From: Vicugna vicugna
Taxonomy: Eukaryota
Direction of reading: 5' to 3'
Assembly: GCA_013265495.1 (NCBI GenBank)
Contig: MU061538.1
Span: 1,569,339-1,633,338, forward strand
DNA length: 64,000 bases
Within the stretch, counting starts at the first letter, position 1; the number at the start of each line of letters is the position of its first letter. Shown in pieces: positions 24,757-35,619 of this stretch. Below the pieces are notes generated by a model. That model saw only the letters and a list, made by a program, of their open reading frames with translations, was not told the origin of the DNA and made no database searches. Made by a program: the position numbers and the translations under genes.

Positions 24757-25569
24757 GCACACATTCTTTTCAGCTTTCTTGGAGATCATTGACGTAAGGA
24801 CTTCTGATGTTATTGATTGATTTAATCCGGCCTCTGTACTTTAACTTTTGAACAGCGTAGCTCCACAGGTGGCCACATCTTCTTTGCTTCGTAACAGCAA
24901 ACAGTCAGCCCTGATGTCTGACTCGCCTTTACCAGCTTTGCAGGACTCACGGCACATTTTTGGGTAGTGATGCCACTGCTGACTCGCATTTACCTTTGTC
25001 TAACACTCACTTAATCTGATCACTGATTTTACATTATGTTCATTTCATTAGAGCTGCCTTGAATCCTTTTTGGAATGAGTCAGTATTTTAATTAATTAAT
25101 TGATTCCATTTTGGTATCATCCAAAAAGTGAAGCTGTGAGTACCTATTAAGCCTGCTGAACTGTAATATAGTTCGTAAGTTTCATTTCTGAGGAATGGCA
25201 GAGTTCCCTGTGAGTCATGCAGGTATAAAATTATAGTTGGAAGAGCCTTGAAGTCAACCAGTAGGATGAAGGCAGTTGGCCAGCGGATTATACACACATA
25301 TCTGTTGTCTGCAAGGAATTCTCCATCCTTTCTTGTCAAGAAAGTTTTAACTCAAAACACTTAAACTCTTTGAACAAGCAATAAAAGAATAATTCCATGG
25401 AAGATGTAATAAAAATGCTCTTTATCAACTGATTCCTTCATCGAAACCATTTATTAATTGTCTGGAGAATAGAGTGGTTTGCCCCGCCATTATAAGCAGT
25501 TCTACTAATATATTCAGGAAAAAATTAAATACAATAAAGAAGGACAGCTTCTGCTAACAAACACGATTA

Positions 25570-26250
25570 TTTTATTGAAGTACAGTCAGTTACAGTGTGT
25601 CAGTCCCTGGCACACAGCACAATGTCCCCGTCATATATATGTATACGCACACACATATATTTGTTTTCATGTTCTTTTTCATTAAAGGTTACTACCTGAT
25701 ATTGAATATAGTTCCCCATTCTATACAGAAGAAATTTGCTTTTATCTATTTTTATTTATAGTAGTTAATATTTGCAAATCTCAAGCTCCTAATTTATTCC
25801 TATTTATTCACCTGCTTTCCCCCTGTAGCCCTAAGATTGTTTACTATGCCTGCAAGTCTGTTTCTGTTTTACAGGTGAGTTCATTAGTATCTTTTTTTTT
25901 TAGATTGCGCATTTCAGTGATACCGTATAGTATTTGTCTTTCTCTTTCTGACCTACTTCACTTAGAATGATGATTTCCAGGTCCATCCACGTTGCTGCAA
26001 ATGAGATTATTTTATTCTTTTTATGGCTGAGTAGTATTCCACTGTATAAATATACCATGGCTTCTTTATCCAGTCCTCTGTCAGTGGACATTTAGGTTGC
26101 TTTCATGCCTTGGCTGTTGTAAATAGTGCTGCTGTGAACACTGGGGGCATGTGGTTTTTCAAGTTACAGTTCTCTCTGGCTATGTGCCCAGGAGTGGGGC
26201 TGCTGGATCACATGGTACGTTTGTTTTTAGTTCTTTGAGGAATCTTCACA
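25570..26250 (-). mobile_element. L1 5'-truncated copy
   Basis: Antisense ORF2 end and 3' UTR; translates to FAATWMDLEIIILSEV. Confidence 0.97.
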
Positions 26251-26534
26251 CACAAACCAGACATGAAAAGGTCAACCCTTTTGTGGAAGAGTTTGGCCTA
26301 AACATGGTTCCCTCAGCACAGAGGGAACTCCTAGTGCAGAGTGGGCTCTTCCATCACAGAGTTCAGCCTGGTGGTGGCAGAGTTCACGGAGCAACTGCGT
26401 CATATTGCGTGACAGGTTTTGTGACTTTCCTCTCACCCCCACCCTCCACTCTTCTAAGTTTTAAGGGTTACTTACTAGACACTTTTCAACCACAGCAAGG
26501 CAAGCAGGTCAGGTTCCTGTCCAGGGCAGCCCGG

Positions 26535-26713
26535 CTCTCTCAGCCTCGGCGCTCTGACGTCTTGGGTGGTCCCCTCTGTGTTGTGGGTCTGTCGTGGGCA
26601 GCACCCCCGCCTCTACCCACTCGATGCCAGTGGCCCAGTGGCCAGTCGTGACAATCAGAAGTGGCTCCCAAGTGTCCCCTGGAAGGCTAGCTTGCTCCCG
26701 GTTGAGATCACAC
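26535..26713. mobile_element. MER20 hAT-Charlie MITE
   Basis: cctctacccactcgatgccagt, gtgacaatc, tgtcccctgg, ccggttgaga. Confidence 0.85.
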
Positions 26714-27344
26714 GTCTAGCTAGGGGGTCAGTCATCCTGAGATGCTGGTGTCAGGACGGCATCTGGCGCTGCAGCCCTGGAGGGACACCCAGTCCTGCAG
26801 GGTGTGTGGGGGTGCAGAGGCAGGAAGGCTTCCTGGACTGGTGGTGCCCACGCAGACTCCCAGAGGATTGAATTAGATGGGCCTAGGAGGGCAGAGGTCC
26901 ATGAGGGGGCGTCAGCGTCCAAGCAGGCGGGGGTGCTCGGAGATGAGTTAGATCTTGGGGTGAGAGGGGAGAAGGGTGGGACAAGGAGGAGGGGCAGACC
27001 TCCACGTTAGAGCCGGAAGGAGCTACGTGTGGCCCCCTCTCTAGTCTGGGTCAGGGTCACATGTAAGCACACGCACACACTAACCAGGATTCAAATGCAG
27101 AAGGTCCCCCAGCCCAGCAGACACTGGCTCCTGTAACCTGTGAAGCAGCTCTGGCTCCTCCTTTCCTAAGAGGAGAGCTCTGACCCCGACCTGCCAGGCC
27201 TCTGTAAAAGATGCTGCGGGACGATGCGCGTGGGGAGTGGCCCCTGCGCAGTGAGGTTTCCCTCCTCTTGGCTCTGTGGAACCATCAAGGGAGCCTTGCT
27301 CCACCTTCATGATCTCTCAGGAGTCTTGTTTTCCTGGAGGCCGC

Positions 27345-28040
27345 CTCAGTAACAATAAACAAACAAATAAGAATATAAAAGTTTGGGGGAGCCTAACTAG
27401 CAATGAAATTCAGGTGAAAGCAACACAGTACACCTGCGTGTGGGAGACCCCAGCCCCGGGGGAGCACAGGAGGGCGCCTGTTCCGAGAGCAGCCAAGCTT
27501 CCTCCACGTACAAGGTGGGGGAAGGCGGGTGGCACCCCACGGCCAAGGTCTCTCCATCCTGTGGGGCGGCGGGGACAGACAGGAGGAGGGGAGCCCGGGC
27601 GGGTGAGTATCTATCCAGGTGTTAGTGCTGCGGATTGTGCTGCACCGGGTTCAGCCTGCCCTGCATCAGGCAGGTGTGCAAGGAAATCAGGGTCCACGAA
27701 ACGACCACGAAGCAGGAGCAATGTGGGCTTGGGGCCAGTGTACAGTGCGTGCTCCACCCCAGCAAGTCTCTCCTGGCCTTCAGGACGTCCTGCAACGACA
27801 GCAGATCCTTCCCAAACACCGTCCACCTCCAGCAGCCGTCTCAGGCCGGCGCGGCATCTCTGCGTACTCAGAACCCGCGACACTCCCAGGGAGGGAGGGC
27901 CCCCAGGCGGCCACGGGACAACTGCGCCGCGGTGGAGTCTGCCCGCTGGCACAGGTCCCTGAGTCAGTGACAGGTGACGATGGCCCAGAGTGTTACGTGA
28001 AAGTTAAAATATGTGAAACGTGTCTCTCATTTTAAATAAA
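27345..28040 (+). mobile_element. Ancient L1ME-like 3' end, heavily GC-shifted
   Basis: Collinear landmarks: gcaatgaaattcaggtgaaagcaaca, gtatctatccag, gcaacgacagcagatccttcccaaacac, terminal aataaa. Confidence 0.5.
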
Positions 28041-31000
28041 CGTCAGAAACTGCACGCACACCTCAGCAGCGAGACTCTGGGATCCTCTGCCCGGAGACAA
28101 GCCCACGCGTCTTGAGACCCCGCGAGGCCGTCTTTGCTGGAGACGTTCAGCGGTTTCCCGAAAACCCGCACTTGGTGAGAGGAAGGCGTGGCGCGGAGGG
28201 TGCGGTGTCGTCACTGGCCGCATCCACAGTCACGCCAGGCGCAGGACGTTCCAGCTCAGGATGCGGGCCAGCGAGTGCTTCGAGAAAACGACCATTCTGC
28301 TGAACAGCAACTGTCTCTTTCTGAACCTGTGTGAGGGGCCTGATCCGGTCAACCACAGCCTGGAAAATGAAGCCCCCACACGGCCTCGGTGTCCCCAAAG
28401 CTGAGATAAAAAGCGTTTGCTGAGCACAGCCTCGCCCCGTGAGGGAAGACTGTCTCTAAATCGCTATTTCTAGCCAGGTTCTCCCTGAGGGACTGAGCCC
28501 CTCCTGGAAACTCCATCCCTTATTCTAATGGATGCAAATTAAATGTGAATTTTCCTGGAGGAGGAGGGGCAGCCAGCCGGAGAGGAGCAGACGCAGGTCT
28601 GGGGAGCGGAGGCTGTAGGCATGATGTCCAGGGGTGTCAGCGAAGCCCGGGACCGGTGGCGCCGCGGGCAGGACCGCGGTGCCCTGGTCTCACGAAACAG
28701 GGCTTGAACTCATGTCCCTCCGGCGCTGGTGGGGCTGCGGTTCGAGGGGGTCTTTTGTCTTGTAGATACTCATGTTTCCACAGCAGTTCTGATGCGAGGA
28801 GAGGGGTGGCCAAACTCACCAGGTGAGAAGGGGAGAGATGCAGCGGGGAGGGGGCGTCCCCAGTGTCTTCTGCTTTGCAGATCTACGTGTCCAAGTGTGT
28901 GCTCGTGAAACTTCAGCCTGGAGCTCCAGGAAATAATGGGAAATTTGAATCTCTGTGTTTTTTCTAAAATCACCAAATTGAATCACCAAAAGAAAGTTAT
29001 CTGTGTCCTCAGGAAACTGTTCTTAGGATGAGTTCCCTGGTCTTGGTTAGACACGAATGTCTGAGGGAAGCGAGGGAAGGCGGTCAGAGCCCGTGGGCGA
29101 AGGTCACGTTCTGACCATGGGTCCCTCCGGCCTCCGTAGCCCCCGCAGCGGACGGGGGGGGCAGGCCCCCGGGCCCGCTGGGGGCCCATTTCCAGCTCTC
29201 ACCCGCCCGGCTTGGGGCTCTTCCACAGCTAAGCTCTTCTGCTGTGGCCTGAGTGGTTCTCCTTGGGGTCCTTCGGTGAAGATGGTGAAGTCAGGTCGTG
29301 TTTGCCTACATTTGCCTTTTACATATTTTGTGATTATAAATTTACTTCTTGAACTGGTTCTTCTGCCAACAAAGTTCCAAAGCACTTGACTGGGGCTTTG
29401 CTGGCACTCGTCCTGTTCTGGGAGCTGTCCCCCGGGCCCCCGTCACCCCTCCGCCGCCGAGGCTGACGACGACAGAAAGACCGCTTTTGTCCTCGTGCAC
29501 TCCAGGCTCCAGCAAAAATACCCAGTTACTCTGTGGTTTTTGGAAGAGCAGAACTCTGCCTGCGCTCTGCTCGGCTTGCATGAGTTCTCCAGTTCGCTCC
29601 TCTGGCCGTTTTCGGTGCCTTTCCAGTCTCTGTTCAGCTGTGTTTCTCCGGGTCGTTTCGACCCTTCCGCTTGGATGTGAGGCAGTAGAACGAGTGGCTA
29701 AGACCTTGTTCCCCAAAGAAGAATCATTAAGAACCAGAACCCCATCTCAGAAGCGCCCTCAGAGCCGGGGACGGCCCCCCCTCCCAGATCTCAGCCTCCC
29801 TGGCGACAGTCCCAGGGCAGGTGGCCCTGCTGGCATCTCTCCCGAGGCTGAGCAGTCCGCCATGTCGTGAAGCAGCGTGTTCCACAGCGGGGCAGCTCTG
29901 GCCGCTGGGAAGCCCGCTTCCCTGTGCCTTCCTCCCGTCCATTCTAGCCCGCCAGGAGCGTCTGGGGAGCGTCCCCGAGCCTGGAGGTGGGTGTTTCGGG
30001 CATGAGGCTCTTAGGAGAAGGACTGCACCGTGGGGAGCAGGAGAGAGCCGGGAAGATGCGGTGACGCTGAGAAGAGGAGGACCGCTCTTTATTAGCCACC
30101 AGCTGGTCATGGAGGAAGCCGCTGGAAGGTTCATGTCTTTTCTTCTTCTTAAAGAAACCGCCTTTTCCCATCCCCTGCAACTCTGGGTTTTTCACAAGGC
30201 TCCCCCCACGAAGTCTTTACGGCAGCAAAGGCACAGAGCCGTCGTTCTCCGGAGGGAGAGTCTGACTTCAGAGCAGCCGGGAAGTCGCTCAAAGTCCCAC
30301 AGCCAGAGCTGATGGAGCTGGAACCGTCTCTGGCCCCAGATTCAGTGCTTTCTCTGGTCCACAACCATCAGAAGAATCTCAGAAAGGAAAGACGAGATTT
30401 CTTCCCAAAAGATGAATATCATTCTCTTTACCTGGTTCCTCTGTTACAGAGATAAACTGTTCATTTCTTTTCAGCAGGAATATTGCCTTGAAAGAGGTGT
30501 GCAGGTGAGAAAACCGTCCAAGGAGCACTCGGATCAGACGCAGACGGAGGCACCGCACTGCGGGCACCACGGAGCGACCAGGCCTGCTTTCTGTCCTCGG
30601 GCCCTGGAAGGAGGTGGCTTGGGCGGACCAAGGCTGTCCTCCGGGCGCTGGGCGCAGCCTGCTGGGCGGTGCGCGCGGGGCGGGTGCCGGGAGCCGCCGC
30701 CAAGTTCACGACAGCCCCACCACAGGTGGGCCCTCCCGCGTGAAGAGCCCGGTTGCAGCGGTGGCTGGAGCTGCGCGCGGCGAGGGCGCAGGTGAGAGCA
30801 TCACAGTCGGTGCTGCCGCGGCTGCGCCCGGGACCCTGGGGGGCCCGGCCGCGCTGCCCCCCGCGCCACATGCGTGCGTCACCTGACCCTCAGAAACCGG
30901 CAGGGTAGACCGGGACACTGAGCTGGCTCATTCAAGAAGCAGACTCCATCTGAGTTTGCCTGTGAGGCTGGGCCAGGCTCTCTGTGGACCAGGCCGGGCG

Positions 31001-31349
31001 CTCGGGAAAGCTGGGCACAGCGGCCACGGGCCGCCTCATGCCCCGGCTCCCGCCTCCTTCCTGCAGCCGCCCTCCCTCCCCGAGGGGACCCGAGCTCTTT
31101 GCTGGCTCCGTCTTTGTGCTCCTCCTCCCTTCTCCGTGAGCGGTCAGGGCTACAGTCCCACCTCTGGCCCATCCCTGGTGCCCTCCCGGGAGCTGCCCTG
31201 TGGAAACGCACCTGAGACCCGGCCCCCGGCGTGTGGATACCTCACGTTTTCGCCTGTGTCATCTCCGGGTTTGTGTCCCTCAGGATGCTGCGAGGGACGC
31301 TGGTTTCCCTGTAACAGCAGGACGGCGGGCAGGTAAGCAGAAAGCGACT

Positions 31350-31457
31350 TCATTTTATTTTACTGTATTTATTTGTTTTTTCCCTTAACAGAGGCACTAG
31401 GGATTGGACCCAGGACCTCGTGCACGCCAGGCACACGCTCTGCCCCCCGCCGCCCGG
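31350..31457 (-). mobile_element. tRNA-Ala-derived SINE (camelid Vic-1 type)
   Basis: T-rich tail then gaggcactagggattggacccaggacctcgtgcac, the reverse complement of the 47544 element. Confidence 0.85.
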
Positions 31458-31559
31458 AAGAGCTGCTTTAGGTGGGCGAGGAGCTCCCTGCCTGTTCCCA
31501 GCCCCACTGCTCAGCCACTTAGACCTGCGACCGGCTGGGTGACTGAAAGTCCTCTGGAC

Positions 31560-31752
31560 CTGCGCTGCCCGAAACAGGAGCCACTGACCACACATGACTG
31601 TTTAAATGCCTATTTAAATTAATTTAAACTGAATAAAATGCAGAGTTTTGGTTTTCCAGTCACACCGGCCGCATTTCAGTGGTCGCATGGCCAGTGGCTG
31701 CCATACTGGACAGCTAGCAACTGTCCCCATCACCACGGAAGAGGTCTGACAG
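31560..31752. mobile_element. MER3 hAT-Charlie MITE
   Basis: agccactgaccacacatg...tttaaattaatt...agtggctgccatactggacagc...ccatcaccacggaa. Confidence 0.85.
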
Positions 31753-33427
31753 GTCTGGCGGGCCGTGTTGCCGCCACACAGCCGTAACCTGGCGTCTGTT
31801 TAGTGCGCAGATGTAGCCGAGGGGCCGTGCTCCTTCGGCCAGGGCCCCTGGTCATCCCAGCGGAGTTTATTTCCTCCAGAAGTTGCTGTCACAAGGTTGC
31901 TGTCCCACAACCTTGAGTCTGTCACTCAGGTACCTTCGCAGGTCCCTAAATGCCAGAAGGCGCACCCGAGGGGCCCAGACTGGTTGTTGATCTGGCAGAG
32001 CAAATGCCACGCACTTACGGAGCTTTGTCAGAGGCAGCTAATCTCCTGAAGGCCTCTGTCAGTCCGAGTTGTTTTGTCTGCGGCCAGGTGTGGGCGGGTC
32101 TCCGGGACCTGAAAGGCGAGCCGCTAACAAAAGCCCCAAGACAGCTCCATCTCCAGCCTCATTCCGCTTGGACCCAGGCTTTGGTTCATTACCCGTGAAA
32201 CGTCTCGTTAGCAGAAAGCGGGTGGCAGGCGGTAAACAAGCCGGAGCCCCTGGCCTCGCCCGCGTTGACAGGAGAGGCGCTCCAGGCCGAGGCCGCCCTC
32301 CAGGGCGCTCAGACAGTCATGGGGCCACATTTTTGTGACATGAGGAGGGCGTTCAAACTTCTTAAATGATTTTTAGTGCTAAGTATTCCAGCATCCTGGC
32401 CTCATGTGTCTTTCCCTTGGCTGCTTGGAGACCACACAGTTTGATTCACACTTGGAAGGGGTTCAGAAAAAAATCTGATTCAGCACTTTCCATCCATGGA
32501 GGTCAGGGGGCCGGGCACCCACCCGGAAACCAGGTTTGGAACATCTCATGACTTACTTGGGGTTGCCCAGCAGACAGTTTTGAGTCAGGAGCCAGGACCT
32601 GCAATCCCATGGAGGTGACCACCATCCTCTCCCGGACCACGGAGAGAAAGCATCTCCATGGGCGTCCCAGGCCGTCTCGTTCTAAGGGGGAGGGGAGGAC
32701 TGTGGGTGCAAAGCGGCCCCCTGAGCCCACACCCCTCCAAGCCTCTTTCCCGAGTTCACGTTGAAATGGAATGACCAGGGGCACCATTCTATGCCAGGAA
32801 TTGCTGATAAATTCCTGGAAAATAAGAAGTGTAAGCAACCAGCCTGATGAGGAGGAAGAGAGGGACCTGCAGGGCGTGGACACTAGAGACAAGTGCATGT
32901 CACCCAAAAGGAGGTCTCTGGAAGGTCCAAGTCACAGAGAGTCGAAGTGCCAGTAGGCTGGGTGGGGCTTCCGAGGTCCCCCGCGGGGTAGCGGCATTTA
33001 GACCGACTTGGTTCGCGCACTGGGACTCAGTTGGAAGCAGCTTCATCTTTCTCAGGTTAGAGTCAAGGCCATCTCCCAAAGGAAAGGCGAGATCTGCCAG
33101 GAGGATGCTGCTGGGGGAGGCGGAGCAGAGCTGGACCCCCCGGGCCCCTGCAGGGTAGAGAGGCGGACAGCTCTGCCTGGAGAGACTCGCTCCTGTCTTC
33201 CCAGAAGGCGACGCCTGCCACGGAGCCAGGAGGCTGCTGGGAAGGGGATCCCCAAACTGTAGAGGAGGCCAGGGCAGCTCCTGGTCCTGGAAATAACCCC
33301 ACCCCTCACAGACATGGACCCCAGAGCCCAGGACAAGAGAGAGGAGCGAGAGGCACCCACAGAAACTCACCCGGAGAAGGCAGGGAGAGCCCAGAGAGTG
33401 ACAAAGAGCTTGAGAAAACTCATTCGC

Positions 33428-34198
33428 CGGCCGTCACTGAGAAGTCCACAAACGGTAAATGCTGGAGAGGGTGTGGAGACAGGGGAGCCCTCCTGCACTG
33501 CTGGGGGGAATACAGTTTGCTGCAGCCACTGTGGAAAACAGTATGGAGATTCCTCAAAAAACTAGACTTATCACATGATCCACCAATCCCACTCCTGGGC
33601 ATATGTCCAGAGGGAATTTTAATTCAAAAAGACACCTGCACCCCAATGTTCACAGCAGCACTGTATACAATAGCCAAGATACGGAAGCAGCCTAAATGTC
33701 CATCGACAGATGACTGGATAAAGAAGTTGTGGTATATTTATACAGTGGAATACTACTCAGCCATTAAAAAGAATAAAATAATGCCATTTGCAGCAACATG
33801 GATGGACCTGGAGATCGTCATTCTAGGTGAAGTAAGTCAGAAAGAGAAAGAACACCATATGATATCGCCCATATGTGGAATCTTAAAAAAAAGACATGCA
33901 AATGAACTCATTTACAAAACAGAAACAAACTCACAGACATATAAAACAAACTTATGGTTACCAGGGTGGGGAGACGGTGGGAAGGGATAAATTGGAGGTT
34001 CAGAATTTGCAGATACTAACTGCTGTATATAAAACAGATGAACAGCAAGTTTCTTCTGTACAGCCCTGAGCTATATTCAGTGTCTTGCAGCAACCTGTGA
34101 TGGAAAAGCATCTGAAGAGGAATATATGTGTATACGTACATGCTGTACACCAGAGACTGACACAACATTATAAACTGACTATTTCAATTTAAAAAAGA
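33428..34198 (+). mobile_element. L1 5'-truncated copy (ORF2 C-terminus, 3' UTR, A tail)
   Basis: [14 protein letters not shown]...DPPIPLLGI...TCTPMFTAAL...WIKKLWYIYTVEYYSAIKKN. Confidence 0.97.
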
Positions 34199-34214
34199 AG
34201 AAATTATGAAAAAA

Positions 34215-35150
34215 GGAAAGGAAACGCTCATTTGCATTCCTAGGGAGATTAGAGAAGAGATGTTGTCCCTAAAATAACAGGCTCCTATGAAAAAGAGACA
34301 GAAGTGTTAACGGAAGTCAACGGAAATCAAAAGTGAAAAGGAAACAGAAATGGTCTGACAAGCAGAGCGTTCTGTGGATGGCCTGAATAGCTGAACACAG
34401 CAGAATACTCAGTTTATGCAGCGGAAAACGCGGCAGAAACATCTCCCAGAGCGTTGGGGGCAGAAGACAGAAAGTAAGATGGGAAATGTGAACAGAAGCA
34501 AGCAACAAGAGACCCAGAGGGCAGACCAGGAGGCGCGATATCCACCCAGGAGTCATTCCAGAGCGGGGCCAGGGCGCAGGGGCTCCTGGGGCTCCAGCAC
34601 TTGCAGAGAAGCCGCCGTGTCCACGTAGGTGGGGCCACAAAGCGGATCAGCGTGGGTTCTTCAAAGCCCATCTCTGGATTCCTCCTTTGAAACAGAGAGC
34701 CTCTGAGAATAAAAACGCCGTCCAAAGAGCTTCCAGCAAGACGGAGCAAGGAGAATGAGATACCATCGACCTCTTATCCCCAGGAAGATGCGACGGCACC
34801 CGACCTGCCATCACGGGGACGAGATCAGAGTCGGACATCGTGGAGCTTGTCGCAATAAGAACAAGACGTCATTGGGCCTCGCTGCGACACTCGAGGGGGC
34901 GCCAGGCTCAGTAGCTCACAGCCCGCAGGGTCTTTGAACCTGAGATTCTTTCCACAGTCAAACCGCTAATCAAATGTGTGGGAAAAATCCAGACATTTTC
35001 AAAATTCAGATTTGCTATTTGGAAAAAATTGGGGAGGGGGAAGTTACTCTGCAAAATGAGAGAATAGATTGAAAAGAAGAGATATGAGACCAAAAAAAAA
35101 AAAAAATGAGAGAGAGGAGACGGGAGTAACACGGGAGAGCGACTGAAATG
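34215..35150 (+). mobile_element. HAL1 / ancient L1 ORF1-like remnant
   Basis: cctagggagattagagaagagatg, gaaacatctcccaga, ccaggaggcgcgatatcca, tttgaacctgagattct...cagacattttca. Confidence 0.65.
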
Positions 35151-35538
35151 AGTCAGAGATGACTGGGTGGAAGATTTTTAAAAAGTCATTCTATTTTGAT
35201 GCTTAGAAAAGTGTCTAAAATTAGGAACTTCACATAGTCTTAGTATCTAGGGGTGATAATTCATCAGAGACGTTTGTCCTCGGATCTGCACAGCTACAGA
35301 GTGCGAGGTAAAAGGGATGAGCCCTGACCAAGCAAACACAGCCACGCGAGCATCGACGTCGGGCGGAGTGGGGAGCAGGGAGCCCGGCGCTGCCACCTGA
35401 GCTGCAGATCGGGGGGTGGATGTGTGACGTGATAAAAGTGTAAACGACCAGCTAGACGGGTCAGAGCAATAACACAGCTCACACAGGCTGGGAGGGGGCG
35501 GGAGGTAGCTTCACAGTGAGAATAAACGTCCACGATTT

Positions 35539-35619
35539 CCCCACCCTGTCCCCGACCTCAGCAACCCCCACCCCCACCCTGTCCCCGACCTCAGCAACCC
35601 CCACCCCCAACCCTGTCCC
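35539..35619. repeat. 33-bp tandem repeat, about 2.5 copies
   Basis: ccccaccctgtccccgacctcagcaacccccac at 35539-35571 and 35572-35604, plus a partial third unit. Confidence 0.95.

Noticed and set aside
33517..33990. 157-aa ORF, and similar ORFs at 10920, 41777 and 50967, as host genes
   Set aside because: They are L1 ORF2p C-terminal remnants reading into the 3' UTR.
35539..35619. CRISPR array
   Set aside because: Head-to-tail repeats without spacers, no cas genes, mammalian context.
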